Source: Thermodesulfobacteriota bacterium
Lineage (GTDB): Bacteria > Desulfobacterota_D > UBA1144 > Nemesobacterales > Nemesobacteraceae
Length of the DNA: 64,000 bases
NCBI GenBank assembly: GCA_965263275.1
Contig: OZ253668.1
Coordinates: 388,486 to 452,485, forward strand
Direction: 5' to 3'
Shown: one piece after another, positions 28,289-37,531 of the stretch
Position numbering within the stretch: the first letter of the stretch is position 1
Layout: each line of letters opens with the position of its first letter
Made by a program: the position numbers and the translations under genes
The notes under the pieces: model-generated
Told to the model about the DNA's origin: nothing
What the model saw: only the letters and a program-made list of their open reading frames with translations
Databases searched by the model: none

Positions 28289-29787
28289 CTCTGTCCTCCC
28301 GTTTCAAATAAAGAGCCGTAATTGTCGAGGCGGCCTCTATGGACGTCGACTCCGGGCATAGGCCCCGTTTTCACCGTGAACCGTTCTTTGAGCTCATCGA
28401 TGTCGGGAAGTTCTCCCACAGAAACGCATTTCCCTATCGCCGAAGCCAGCTGGGCTTCGCAACTGTAATCATGGGCCAGAGCCAGAAGCTTTACCGCGAC
28501 TCCGCATGCCTCCCGCCCCGAGAGAAGTTCAACAGCAAGCTCAAAACAACGCTTGCACTCCTCCCGGGGAAACAGCTCATCACGGTAAACCAGATTCATA
28601 AACGCCCCCGGCTTGCGCCGAAGCGAATGAATCACGTGATGATAATTGACCGCGTAAGCCGTTTTCTCCGAAGATCCTCTTCTCCTGCGCTCAAGGGTAA
28701 GCAGATGACGGTCTCCCAGGTACAACTCTACTCTCTCATCGTAAAGACGCGCCGCGAGACGATGCCCTATGAGACGAGAGGGGACCGTGTAGAACACTCC
28801 CTTGAGCATGAAACCGCCGGAAGAAGTAACCCTTACGCTTTCACGCCGATAAAACTCCCCGTCCTGGGGCGGAAGAGACCCAAGCACCTTGCGCTCGGTC
28901 TCTATGCGCTCCACGCGCCGGGCGTTTAGACCGCTTAGCAGTTCCGCTATGAAGTCGCGGTAAGAATCAAGATCTGCAAAGTCCCGGGAACCCCGAAGCG
29001 CCAAAGCGTCCCCTATCTCCCTTTTCAGGTGACCGTGAGAACTCTCTATCGCCCCGTTTTCGTGGGCGACCCCGCGGTTGTTGCGCGTCGGCGCCATCCC
29101 GTAATGGGCGCAAAACTCCCTGTAGCTTGCGGTCATGTCCTCGACCTCGTCCTTGCTGAGATTGCGGAGAGCCGCCGAGAGACTGTCGGTGCGGCACTCC
29201 CGAGGAACGCCGCCCAGCATCCCCAAAGCTTCGCTGAGACCCCGGGAGAAAGCGGCGAAGCTCTCCCCTCCAAGCACTGCCGTGGCGTGAACGAACCCCG
29301 ACCAGGGAAGGCGGAAGTGATAGAGCTTGTGATCAAATCTCTTTCGGGCAATCGTGATCTCAAGGGAGTTCATGGTGGTGAAGTCGGAGATCCCCACGCG
29401 CCCCGGCTCCTTTTTCTGACGGAATATGACGTCCTTGTCAGCGCCATGTTCCGCTCTCCACGCCCTTATACGCCTCTCAAGAGTCCTGCGAACTCCCGGG
29501 TCAAGCTGGGGATTTTCTCTCATTATTTCGCGGAACACCGCGACGGAACGTATATCCGGACAGTTCTTGAGAATGGGAACTACCCGGGAATCGAAAATGC
29601 CATCCAGAGGATCGGGACGTCGGCTCCCCCGGGGCTTGTTTTTAGTTCCTGATTGCGGGTCCTTGGAGATTCGGAAACCGGTAGAGCGGCTGAAACCCGC
29701 TTTGGCAGCCGCGGTTTCCGTAGAACAAGTTTGTTTGAGCTTCATGAATTTCCTCCTTTGTTCATCAGTGATATGTTGCCCTGCCAT
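28285..29787 (-). CDS. istA: IS21 transposase IstA
   Basis: An HTH N-terminus is followed by a DDE core. Start chosen at MAGQHITDEQ (ATG 29787), preceded by GGAGG. Confidence 0.75.
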   Translation of the reverse strand: MAGQHITDEQRRKFMKLKQTCSTETAAAKAGFSRSTGFRISKDPQSGTKNKPRGSRRPDPLDGIFDSRVVPILKNCPDIRSVAVFREIMRENPQLDPGVRRTLERRIRAWRAEHGADKDVIFRQKKEPGRVGISDFTTMNSLEITIARKRFDHKLYHFRLPWSGFVHATAVLGGESFAAFSRGLSEALGMLGGVPRECRTDSLSAALRNLSKDEVEDMTASYREFCAHYGMAPTRNNRGVAHENGAIESSHGHLKREIGDALALRGSRDFADLDSYRDFIAELLSGLNARRVERIETERKVLGSLPPQDGEFYRRESVRVTSSGGFMLKGVFYTVPSRLIGHRLAARLYDERVELYLGDRHLLTLERRRRGSSEKTAYAVNYHHVIHSLRRKPGAFMNLVYRDELFPREECKRCFELAVELLSGREACGVAVKLLALAHDYSCEAQLASAIGKCVSVGELPDIDELKERFTVKTGPMPGVDVHRGRLDNYGSLFETGGQR

Positions 29788-30020
29788 CGTGAACCTCCCG
29801 CTCGATAGATTGAGCGGGGTTCTTACCCGGCCGGTCGTGAACACCGAAAGAAATTCAAAAAAATCTGGGGAGATGCTGTCTGAAACGGAAGGAGGGCGTA
29901 GCCCGACTGGAGTTTCAGACAGCATCTCCCCAGAGTCTCATCTTGTTTGTCGCAAAAGTTCAAAGTTGATTGACGCAGGATATTGTTAAATGAAGTTCCG
30001 TTTAAGTTAGTAGAGAAGCG

Positions 30021-31568
30021 CTATCCCGCTTGAGCGTAACACCCGGAAACAAGCGACCTCATCTTCTCGGGCCGCCCGGCCTTTATGTGGCCAACAGCCA
30101 ACGCCATCATCACCGCCACCGCGAGACCCGCCCGGGCGGTCATACGAGCCTTGCCCCTGATATAATGTCTTTCAAATCCAAAACTGTTGTCAATCCTGGA
30201 GTTGATACGCTCAATAGCGTTTCTACGCCTGTAAGCGCGCTTCCATGATGCGCAACCACATGGGGTCGGAGTAAAAATACGACGGTCCTTCTCAAGCGGG
30301 ACACGGACGACTCTGCCATAACCATTGGTCTTGCAGCCGGCATCACTGTGACACTTCTCCCAGCCTTTGCAATGCAGACCGAACGCGGCTGCCGGACAGC
30401 GGAATTTCAAAGCGCCCCGTTTGTCTTCACTGCCCCATGGCGCCATCTTGCGTTCCGTCCCGCTTACGGGACAGCGACACCAAAGCTCCGCCTTTTCCGT
30501 ATAAAAGACATTATCGTGAACACTGTCCAGAGGTCTCATAATCCGCTGCCCGGGCACATAGCTTTGGTTCTGCTTCTCCTCTCTCCACAGTTCTCTGTTG
30601 TCAATAACCGGACGGATTCGGTAATCATCCCACAGTTTCTTTTTCAAAGCGCCGCTGTCAAGCCCCCGGTCCGCGCTGAAGTATCTGCATCGCTTCGCCA
30701 ACCCGGGGTCTTGGGTAAACAACTTGTCTATCATGCAATCCAGTTCCACGACCTCAGAGACCGAAGCCCTGGTCACGCTGAAAGCAACGGGTATCTCATA
30801 TTTCGTCTCGGCAATAATATGCAGCTCATAACCGAACCAGGCTTTTATGCGTGACCATGTTTTGCCGGTACCGGAGTCAACCCCGGAGGTTTCGTGTTTT
30901 CCCCAGTCCGCGTCCGGGTCTGATGTTTCAGCTGTACCGCGGTTCTTCCGTCCCGTGGAATTACTCCTTATGGCCTTGCCGTCATAACCCAGGTTCTCCC
31001 CGAAGTCAGGACACAGTTCCATCAACTCTTTCCCCATACCGCCAATCATCTGTGAAACAAGACCCTGGCGCTCCTCCAGCCTGGCTACGTTTGAGAGGAA
31101 TCGGGAGAAATTGGAACTTCCCGGCGCGGGACTGCGAGGAGGAAGGTCTATAACTGTCACTTTGGCTCCACCACCGCCGGTACCCGGTTTGATTCCGTAC
31201 CTGCCGCGACTTTGCACAGGTACGGGACTGAACCCGCAGATGACAAGCAGTGATGAGTTCCGGTTAAGTTCCCGTATGAGTGAAGAAATGGATTCGTGCT
31301 GGAAGACTATGCCCGCGATCAGCGCTTTCCACATTGCAGACACCGGGTATTCGTTACGGCCGTTTTTACGCATGCTTCCAAGAGCACGGATGATATCGCC
31401 GTCGGGCAAGGCATCCAGTTCGAGCTGAAGACGGTTGAGGTCAGAAATCCTGTCGACTTCATCCCATGAAAATGGTAGGTTAGTTTGTGTCGCCACGGGG
31501 TTGCTCCTCCGGGAGAATGGATTTTTGTTGCTAACTTTAATTCTAACCTGTGGCGACATTAAAAACAA
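30021..31568 (-). CDS. IS4/IS5-superfamily DDE transposase (IS1182/ISNCY-like)
   Basis: 515 aa. The C-terminal NAIERINSRIDNSFGFERHYIRGKARM is the typical DDE_Tnp_1 tail. Confidence 0.6.
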   Translation of the reverse strand: MFLMSPQVRIKVSNKNPFSRRSNPVATQTNLPFSWDEVDRISDLNRLQLELDALPDGDIIRALGSMRKNGRNEYPVSAMWKALIAGIVFQHESISSLIRELNRNSSLLVICGFSPVPVQSRGRYGIKPGTGGGGAKVTVIDLPPRSPAPGSSNFSRFLSNVARLEERQGLVSQMIGGMGKELMELCPDFGENLGYDGKAIRSNSTGRKNRGTAETSDPDADWGKHETSGVDSGTGKTWSRIKAWFGYELHIIAETKYEIPVAFSVTRASVSEVVELDCMIDKLFTQDPGLAKRCRYFSADRGLDSGALKKKLWDDYRIRPVIDNRELWREEKQNQSYVPGQRIMRPLDSVHDNVFYTEKAELWCRCPVSGTERKMAPWGSEDKRGALKFRCPAAAFGLHCKGWEKCHSDAGCKTNGYGRVVRVPLEKDRRIFTPTPCGCASWKRAYRRRNAIERINSRIDNSFGFERHYIRGKARMTARAGLAVAVMMALAVGHIKAGRPEKMRSLVSGCYAQAG

Positions 31569-32052
31569 GTAATATCAGTAAGTTATCTGTCTTTCTGATA
31601 AGTTTTTCCGAGAAAGATTCCCCGTAATTTGGGCTTGGGGTGGAATTTGTGGTTTCTGGTGGGAATCAGCCGGTTTTCAAGGGTTTTTATGGAAATCCTG
31701 GGGTAAAAAGTTTTTTGCCCCATGCGAAAACCCTTGATCTATATGCCTATATTCAACAGCGTAAATGCCTCAAAGACCATAAAAGTATCGGCTGAAAGCG
31801 AAAGGACAAGCGATAAAGAATTGTGCTTGTACAAAGACAAGAAAGTAATCGCTGAATTCAGGCTGTCAGAAATCCTAGGCTGGGTGAAAGTGCTGAAAGA
31901 CGCCAGTTAATCGGTGCTACAAATATAATGGGTTTCTGCCTCTATCCCCAAACCCCCTTCTGGTAAGAATTTAATATTATACTGTGCCATGGTTGTCCTC
32001 CTTGGGTAACCAAGTATATAAATCCCGATTTTTATTCTTGAAATAACAAGAA

Positions 32053-32078
32053 GAGGAATCAGTTTTTTCTGGACGTGC
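32053..32078. repeat. 26-bp direct repeat, copy 1 (gaggaatcagttttttctgRRcgtgc); the adjacent short inverted repeat is aaatcccgattttta at 32020-32034
   Basis: Matches 33445-33470 with a 2-nt swap. Together with the inverted repeat at 33499-33510 it brackets the three-gene cassette. Confidence 0.7.
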
Positions 32079-32218
32079 GGATTTCCGGCAAATTGGATAG
32101 TTAAGTACATAATTCCCCGAAAGCTCTATTGACTTTCCTGTCCGCAATTGGTTTAATTGCCCTGCGTGTGAAGTTGTCCCTGTGCGTATAATCAGCTACA
32201 AGGGGAAATAGTGCGTGG

Positions 32219-32680
32219 GTGAAAATAATGGAAGAAAAACACAGTCTGCAACTTTGTCCTATTGTTTTCTGTCAACAAGTATTATGGTCAGAGTTGTTGT
32301 CTAGCGGTGATTCTCTGCCAAGCTTGATAAATGTATTCGACGGCATTGTAGACGGCATTGAAGAGATAACACCTTCTGGTGCTTACTTGGCTGAGATTTA
32401 TCTATTTGCGAAAGCAGAAGCACTTGGAAATGTAGAGAAAAACTACGAAGTGCTTATTGAGGTGTCCAATCCTTCTAACAGAAGGATTGCAAGCGTCAAA
32501 GGACATGCAGAAATAAAACACATCCAGATGGGCAATCGTGTTGGAGAGATAGTACAACCCTTGACTCTTCTAATTTTCGAAGATGGTTACTATCTGGTAA
32601 CCATTAAGTTTCAAGATGAGGTCATTGGAACGGCAACATTGTACATTAACAGAAATTTTGTACCTGATTCTAATTCCTAG
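32219..32680 (+). CDS. Hypothetical protein
   Basis: 153-aa ORF with no recognised motif, first gene of the repeat-bounded cassette. Confidence 0.35.
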   Translation: MKIMEEKHSLQLCPIVFCQQVLWSELLSSGDSLPSLINVFDGIVDGIEEITPSGAYLAEIYLFAKAEALGNVEKNYEVLIEVSNPSNRRIASVKGHAEIKHIQMGNRVGEIVQPLTLLIFEDGYYLVTIKFQDEVIGTATLYINRNFVPDSNS

Positions 32681-32693
32681 CAAGAGGTGATTT

Positions 32694-33107
32694 ATGGGTC
32701 TTTGTACACTCAAATTAAGGCAAGAACCGTATCAGTTCCAAAGTCCTGCAAGCCTTGCGACAAAGAGGGGGCTTAATCCTCTAAGAGAAATCTTTAGAGT
32801 TCTTCAAGATTCTCTGGTTGTAACATCGTTTCTTTGGAAAGGCCAACCATGTTTTGTTTCACCTCCGCTTCTGTTTAAGTGGAACAGGGATGAAGAAACA
32901 GGGATGTTCGAGTTGGTCGGAACAGATGTATATGAAGATCTGAGAACATACGGGGAAACATTAAGTGAAGCTTTAGAGGCATTGCAAGAAGGTGTCCTTC
33001 CAGTTCTCTGTGAAGACTATATTAACAGAGGCAATCTCAAGCTAACCAGAAGAGCCGAAGAAATGGCAGTTGATTTTGGAAGGCGTGTAGACGCATCATG
33101 CCCTTAA
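32694..33107 (+). CDS. HicB-like (UPF0150) antitoxin candidate
   Basis: GMFELVGTDVYEDLRTYGETLSEALEALQEGV resembles the HicB motif P.hPGC.tQGeT.EEA..NA.EAL. Overlaps the downstream HicA-like gene by 10 nt. Confidence 0.4.
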   Translation: MGLCTLKLRQEPYQFQSPASLATKRGLNPLREIFRVLQDSLVVTSFLWKGQPCFVSPPLLFKWNRDEETGMFELVGTDVYEDLRTYGETLSEALEALQEGVLPVLCEDYINRGNLKLTRRAEEMAVDFGRRVDASCP

Positions 33108-33388
33108 AGAAAAGGAAAGTTGAGGGAGGACTGGAGAGAAAAGGATTCGAAAAAACGAAAGAGACTCATCATATATATTTTCGATATGTCACAATGGATG
33201 GTGTTAGGACATCTATACAGACATATACCTCTCACGGTTCATCAGGCAAAGAAATAGACAATAAGATTATTTCACACATGGCTGGACAGTGCTCCCTTTC
33301 CACTCGGCAGTTTAGGGAACTTATAAGTTGCGAACTCTCAAGGGAGAGTTATGAGCAGGTATTAGATCTTCAGGGAAAACTTTCTTGA
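33098..33388 (+). CDS. HicA-family (YcfA-like) mRNA interferase toxin candidate
   Basis: LERKGFEKTKETHHIYFRY ... SHGSSGKEIDNKIISHMAGQ parallels the HicA signature G[FW]..R.KGSHH...H...VP.HG.KDL..G.L..ILKQAG. Confidence 0.5.
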   Translation: MPLKKRKVEGGLERKGFEKTKETHHIYFRYVTMDGVRTSIQTYTSHGSSGKEIDNKIISHMAGQCSLSTRQFRELISCELSRESYEQVLDLQGKLS

Positions 33389-33444
33389 CTGATTCTTTTT
33401 CCCCTCGGATAGTCTCCAAAAACCTCAAAAACTTTTTTTAGGGC

Positions 33445-33470
33445 GAGGAATCAGTTTTTTCTGAGCGTGC
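33445..33470. repeat. 26-bp direct repeat, copy 2
   Basis: See copy 1. Followed at 33499-33510 by aaaaatcgggat, the inverse of the left-end motif. Confidence 0.7.
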
Positions 33471-33578
33471 CAATTTTGCCCAAAAACGTCGAAAACCCAA
33501 AAATCGGGATTCAGTAATTCCAAGCACTTACAAAACACCGGATTTCCAAAATTTCGTTATTTTTTTCGCTCCGCCCAT

Positions 33579-34863
33579 TCAACTCTGAAGTGCAACACCC
33601 TGGTTAAGGATCTAGTTTGGGGAATTTTATAATTTCTCAAACACACTGTAAAAACAGTTAAGCAAAGGTGACAATCTCCGAGACGAGAACAGGAGGTTGT
33701 CATGACCAGGAGTTACAAGCAGTTGGACATTCTCGAGCGTCAGCGGATTTACTTTCTGCGCAAGCAGGGATTTTCGCTTCGGAAGATTGCTGAGGATCTC
33801 AGTCGTTCTCCATCAACCATATCGCGGGAGGTAAAGCGCAACAGCGGCGGGAGGGGTTACCGTTTCGCCCAGGCGCAGCGCAAGGCCAGGCAGCGGGGCA
33901 CCGCGGCGTCCTCCGTGCCCCCCAAGATGACCGAGCGGATGTGGTTCATCGTGGAGAGCAAGCTTGGTCTGCAGTGGAGTCCCGATCAGATATCGGGACG
34001 GCTCAAGCTTTCAGCAGTGGTTTCGGTGAGTGCGGAGTGGATATACCGTCACGTGTGGGAGGACAAGCGCAGCGGAGGGAAGCTTTACAAGCATCTGCGG
34101 CGCCGGGGGAAGAAGCGCAACAGCCGAGGGTCGGGGTATTCGGGCAGGGGGCATATACCGGGCAGGGTGGACATAACGGAGCGTCCACAGATAGTTGAGG
34201 ACAAAAGGCGTGTCGGGGACTGGGAGGCCGATACAATCGTCGGCGCTGGACATAGAGGCGCTTTGGTGTCCGTGGTGGATCGGGCGTCTAAGTTCACGGT
34301 TCTTCATCCCGTGAGTTCAAGGAGCGCGGGGGAAGTGGGAGAGGCCATGATGGAGAGGCTTATGCCCTACGTAGAGATTGTACATACGATTACTTCTGAT
34401 AACGGAAAGGAGTTTACGGGTCACGGGGAGATAACCGAAGCGCTGGGGGCGGGGTTTTTCTTCGCTACCCCTTATCACTCGTGGGAGAGGGGGCTTTGTG
34501 AGCATACAAATGGACTTGTACGTCAGTACTTTGCGAAGGGGACGGATTTTCGGGAGGTTCGGGGAGATGAGGTAAGGAGGGTCGAGGGGCTGCTCAACGG
34601 GAGGCCTCGGAAGGTTCTGGGGTACCGGACGCCGGAGGAGGTTTTCAAAGAGGCCTTGGCCCTCGGGGGTTGATCCGGAAGAACAGGGAGAGAGGGGTCG
34701 GAGAGGAGTCCGGGGGCGCCATGGCGTTTGCCTTCGGTCGGGCTACGCCCTCCCTTCGGCAACCGCCATCCAGATGTCTTGATAATCCGGTGCCGGGGAA
34801 TATAATCTTTTCCCTAAACGGAGAGCATCATCTTTTGCTGAAAGTGTTGCACTTCAGAGTTGA
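33579..34863 (+). mobile_element. IS30-family insertion sequence with 20-bp terminal inverted repeats
   Basis: Left IR tcaactctgaagtgcaacac (33579-33598); right IR gtgttgcacttcagagttga (34844-34863). The transposase ORF occupies 33702-34673. Confidence 0.8.
33702..34673 (+). CDS. IS30-family transposase
   Basis: N-terminal HTH (LRKQGFSLRKIAEDLSRSPSTISREVKRN) and a DDE core (DWEADTIVG...TSDNGKEF...HSWERGLCEHTNGLVRQYF). Confidence 0.85.
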   Translation: MTRSYKQLDILERQRIYFLRKQGFSLRKIAEDLSRSPSTISREVKRNSGGRGYRFAQAQRKARQRGTAASSVPPKMTERMWFIVESKLGLQWSPDQISGRLKLSAVVSVSAEWIYRHVWEDKRSGGKLYKHLRRRGKKRNSRGSGYSGRGHIPGRVDITERPQIVEDKRRVGDWEADTIVGAGHRGALVSVVDRASKFTVLHPVSSRSAGEVGEAMMERLMPYVEIVHTITSDNGKEFTGHGEITEALGAGFFFATPYHSWERGLCEHTNGLVRQYFAKGTDFREVRGDEVRRVEGLLNGRPRKVLGYRTPEEVFKEALALGG

Positions 34864-34891
34864 TAAGAGGGTTACATGAAAGGAGGCAACA

Positions 34892-36583
34892 ATGAGCAAG
34901 AAAATTAGCGGAGCCGAATACAATCTGGCGAAAATATTCAGTTCTGATTTTGAATACGTGATTCCTTCCTACCAGCGTCCGTACGCGTGGACGGTAGATC
35001 AGGCGTCGGAGCTTTTTGACGACTTGTTTGATTTCCACAAGTCTGAAGCCGAAGAAGAATATTTTCTTGGCAGCATAGTTCTTATTAAGCGGGAGTCGGA
35101 CCCTTACTCGGAGGTAATAGACGGTCAGCAGAGGTTAACCACTTTGACTATTCTCCTATCCGCATTGGCTTCGATATTTAAAGGAGGGCAACGAGACATA
35201 TTACGTAAGTACATACAGGAACCCGGCAATGAGTTCACTGGACTGGAACCCAAACCGCGCTTGACCCTCAGGGACCGGGACAAAGAGTTTTTCCTTAAAT
35301 ATGTTCAAGAACTGAATTTTGACGGCCTTCTTAAGTTGGATGAAAAACGTCTTGATAACGAGGCGCAAATAAACATCCAGAAAAATAGCGGGCTTTACCT
35401 GCAGCGCATATCGGAGCAACTGGAAAACGATCTCCCGCGAATAAAGGAATTTGTTAAGTTTTTATTGCAACGCTGTTTTCTAGTTGCCGTATCAACACCT
35501 AGCCAGCAGTCGGCGTTCCGTGTTTTTTCCGTCATGAACAGCAGGGGTCTGGAACTTCAGCCGACTGATATCATCAAGGCTGACATCATCGGACAACTGA
35601 GTACGGAAAAAGAAAGGGAGGAATACAGCCAGCGCTGGGAAGATATGGAAGTCGAACTCGATCGAAGCGGTTTTAACGATTTGTTCTCTTACGTGAGAAT
35701 GATATATGCGAAGGAGAAGGCGAAAAGATCCTTGCTCGACGAGTTTAGAACCCATGTTCTGACGAGAGTAAGGGAACCGAAGGAACTGATTAGTGAAGTT
35801 TTGGAGCCATTTTCAGATACCTTGGCCACCGTTTGGAATTTTAACTACGAGGCGACATCCCATGCGGAAGAAGTCAATACTTATCTTCGATGGTTAAACC
35901 GGATAGACAACTCGGACTGGATTCCTGCCGCCATTTTGTTTTTATCAGGAAACAGAAACGATTCCGAATACGCTGCTTGGTTCTTCAGAAGGTTGGAAAG
36001 ACTGGCTGCCTATATGCATATAAGTGCATTATATGTTAATGAACGTATCGAACGCTATAATGAGGTCATCAAAGCTTTAGAGAGAAAGCACAGTTTCGAG
36101 TTGCCTGTGCGAGCCGTTGAGCTAATCGATGAGGAAAAAGAAAGAATGCGGAGCGCTTTAAGCGGAAATATCTACGAACTGACGCCTAGACGAAGAAATT
36201 ATCTTATTCTGCGGCTGGACGCCTTTCTCTCCGACGGTGCCGCATCTTATGATCCGAGCGTTTTAACCATAGAACACGTACTGCCTCAAACCGTGGATCC
36301 GGGCAGCGAGTGGGCGTCGGTCTGGCCGGATGAGCAATTTAGGAAGGATTGGGTACATAAACTGGCTAATCTAGTCCCGCTCAATCGCCGAAGAAATTCG
36401 CAAGCGCAGAATTATGATTTCGAAAGAAAGAAAACCGCTTATTTTTCCGGGAAAAAAGGCGTTTCATCGTATGCACTGACTACTCAAGTGCTCAAAAGCT
36501 CCGAATGGACACCGGAACACTTAGCCGATAGGCAGAGGGAACTTTTGGATGTGCTTGAGGAAAGCTGGGAACTAACCCCTTAA
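34892..36583 (+). CDS. GmrSD/BrxU-like type IV restriction endonuclease (DUF262 ParB-like NTPase plus DUF1524 His-Me nuclease)
   Basis: DUF262 DGQQRLTT near the N-terminus; DUF1524 IEHVLPQ ... WVHKLANLVPLNRRRNSQAQN near the C-terminus. AGGAGG RBS. Confidence 0.75.
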   Translation: MSKKISGAEYNLAKIFSSDFEYVIPSYQRPYAWTVDQASELFDDLFDFHKSEAEEEYFLGSIVLIKRESDPYSEVIDGQQRLTTLTILLSALASIFKGGQRDILRKYIQEPGNEFTGLEPKPRLTLRDRDKEFFLKYVQELNFDGLLKLDEKRLDNEAQINIQKNSGLYLQRISEQLENDLPRIKEFVKFLLQRCFLVAVSTPSQQSAFRVFSVMNSRGLELQPTDIIKADIIGQLSTEKEREEYSQRWEDMEVELDRSGFNDLFSYVRMIYAKEKAKRSLLDEFRTHVLTRVREPKELISEVLEPFSDTLATVWNFNYEATSHAEEVNTYLRWLNRIDNSDWIPAAILFLSGNRNDSEYAAWFFRRLERLAAYMHISALYVNERIERYNEVIKALERKHSFELPVRAVELIDEEKERMRSALSGNIYELTPRRRNYLILRLDAFLSDGAASYDPSVLTIEHVLPQTVDPGSEWASVWPDEQFRKDWVHKLANLVPLNRRRNSQAQNYDFERKKTAYFSGKKGVSSYALTTQVLKSSEWTPEHLADRQRELLDVLEESWELTP

Positions 36584-36733
36584 TGTTTGGGAATTACCGC
36601 TTTAAGTAACCGGACTCCTTATACCCAACCTCTTTTGAAATTCTAAAAATCTCAACCTTCATCTATGACTTTATATTATTATACCCGTTTGAGCTAATTT
36701 TTTCGAGAATGAGGAACAGATTTTCCAGGAGTA

Positions 36734-37300
36734 TTATTGCCTGAACCACCAATCTGATAAATAATACAACGCACTAACACCATAAAACAGAATCAACCAT
36801 AAAAACGAAATAGAGTGCTTTTGAAAGAAGGCTTTAGAAAACACAGGTAGCGATCCTCTAATCTTCCTCTTTATAATTTTTTCCGCTTCTCTATAACCTT
36901 TCCTTTTAATAGTTCTCCTGCATTCTGTTATGTGAGCAAGGAATTCTGGAGTAAAAAAGTCTGTTGTGGCTTTAAAATTGTCAGGCAGAGAAAACCAAGT
37001 GTTTAAATATCTAGCTATTAGTTCCTTTACGTCACGCAATTCTTTAAAAGTAAAGGGTTTATTATATACCCACTTTTCCGCCATTTTTTCAATTTCTGAC
37101 AAGTGTTTTATCATTTGATCTTCTTTTAGAATATCATTATTATTGTTAGGGCTCCTAGCGAAAAAGACAAAAAGAAAAATCTTTCTGATCCAGTTATAAA
37201 ATGCTGGTATTATAGCGCCCACTATTATCTCCTTGTGCCATTCGGCCCACAAATCTTGTAATAATATGTGAAAGTCCATGTGTATTAATATACACACCAC
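36734..37300 (-). CDS. Hypothetical protein with hydrophobic N- and C-terminal segments; low GC (~35%)
   Basis: 188-aa ORF with no recognised domain, sitting at the island/core boundary next to aceE. Confidence 0.4.
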   Translation of the reverse strand: MVCILIHMDFHILLQDLWAEWHKEIIVGAIIPAFYNWIRKIFLFVFFARSPNNNNDILKEDQMIKHLSEIEKMAEKWVYNKPFTFKELRDVKELIARYLNTWFSLPDNFKATTDFFTPEFLAHITECRRTIKRKGYREAEKIIKRKIRGSLPVFSKAFFQKHSISFLWLILFYGVSALYYLSDWWFRQ

Positions 37301-37531
37301 GCAACTCGTACCTGACTTGGGTAATCCTCGAAAAAAAAGGAGCGCCGAAATAATTCCGTGCCAGTAGTGATATTTTTCTCCCTGCGGTTAAACTGCTTTT
37401 CCGAATTTGGGCTTCTACTTTTGGGTCCAGCGTGCCGTTTTTAGCGCTTGGGGCCGAATTACGAGGACAAAGTAGTTGCTCCATGTTGCAAATTCCCCCG
37501 CGGCCCCGCTTCGTCGCGTTTTGTATCTATA

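Larger units (their letters stand above)
27322..29966 (-). mobile_element. IS21-family insertion sequence (istA-istB) abutting the IS1634 copy
   Basis: Both ends carry gcgacaaacaagat repeat units (two direct copies at 27334-27372, an inverted copy at 29946-29959), as expected for multi-repeat IS21 termini. istA and istB overlap. Confidence 0.7.
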
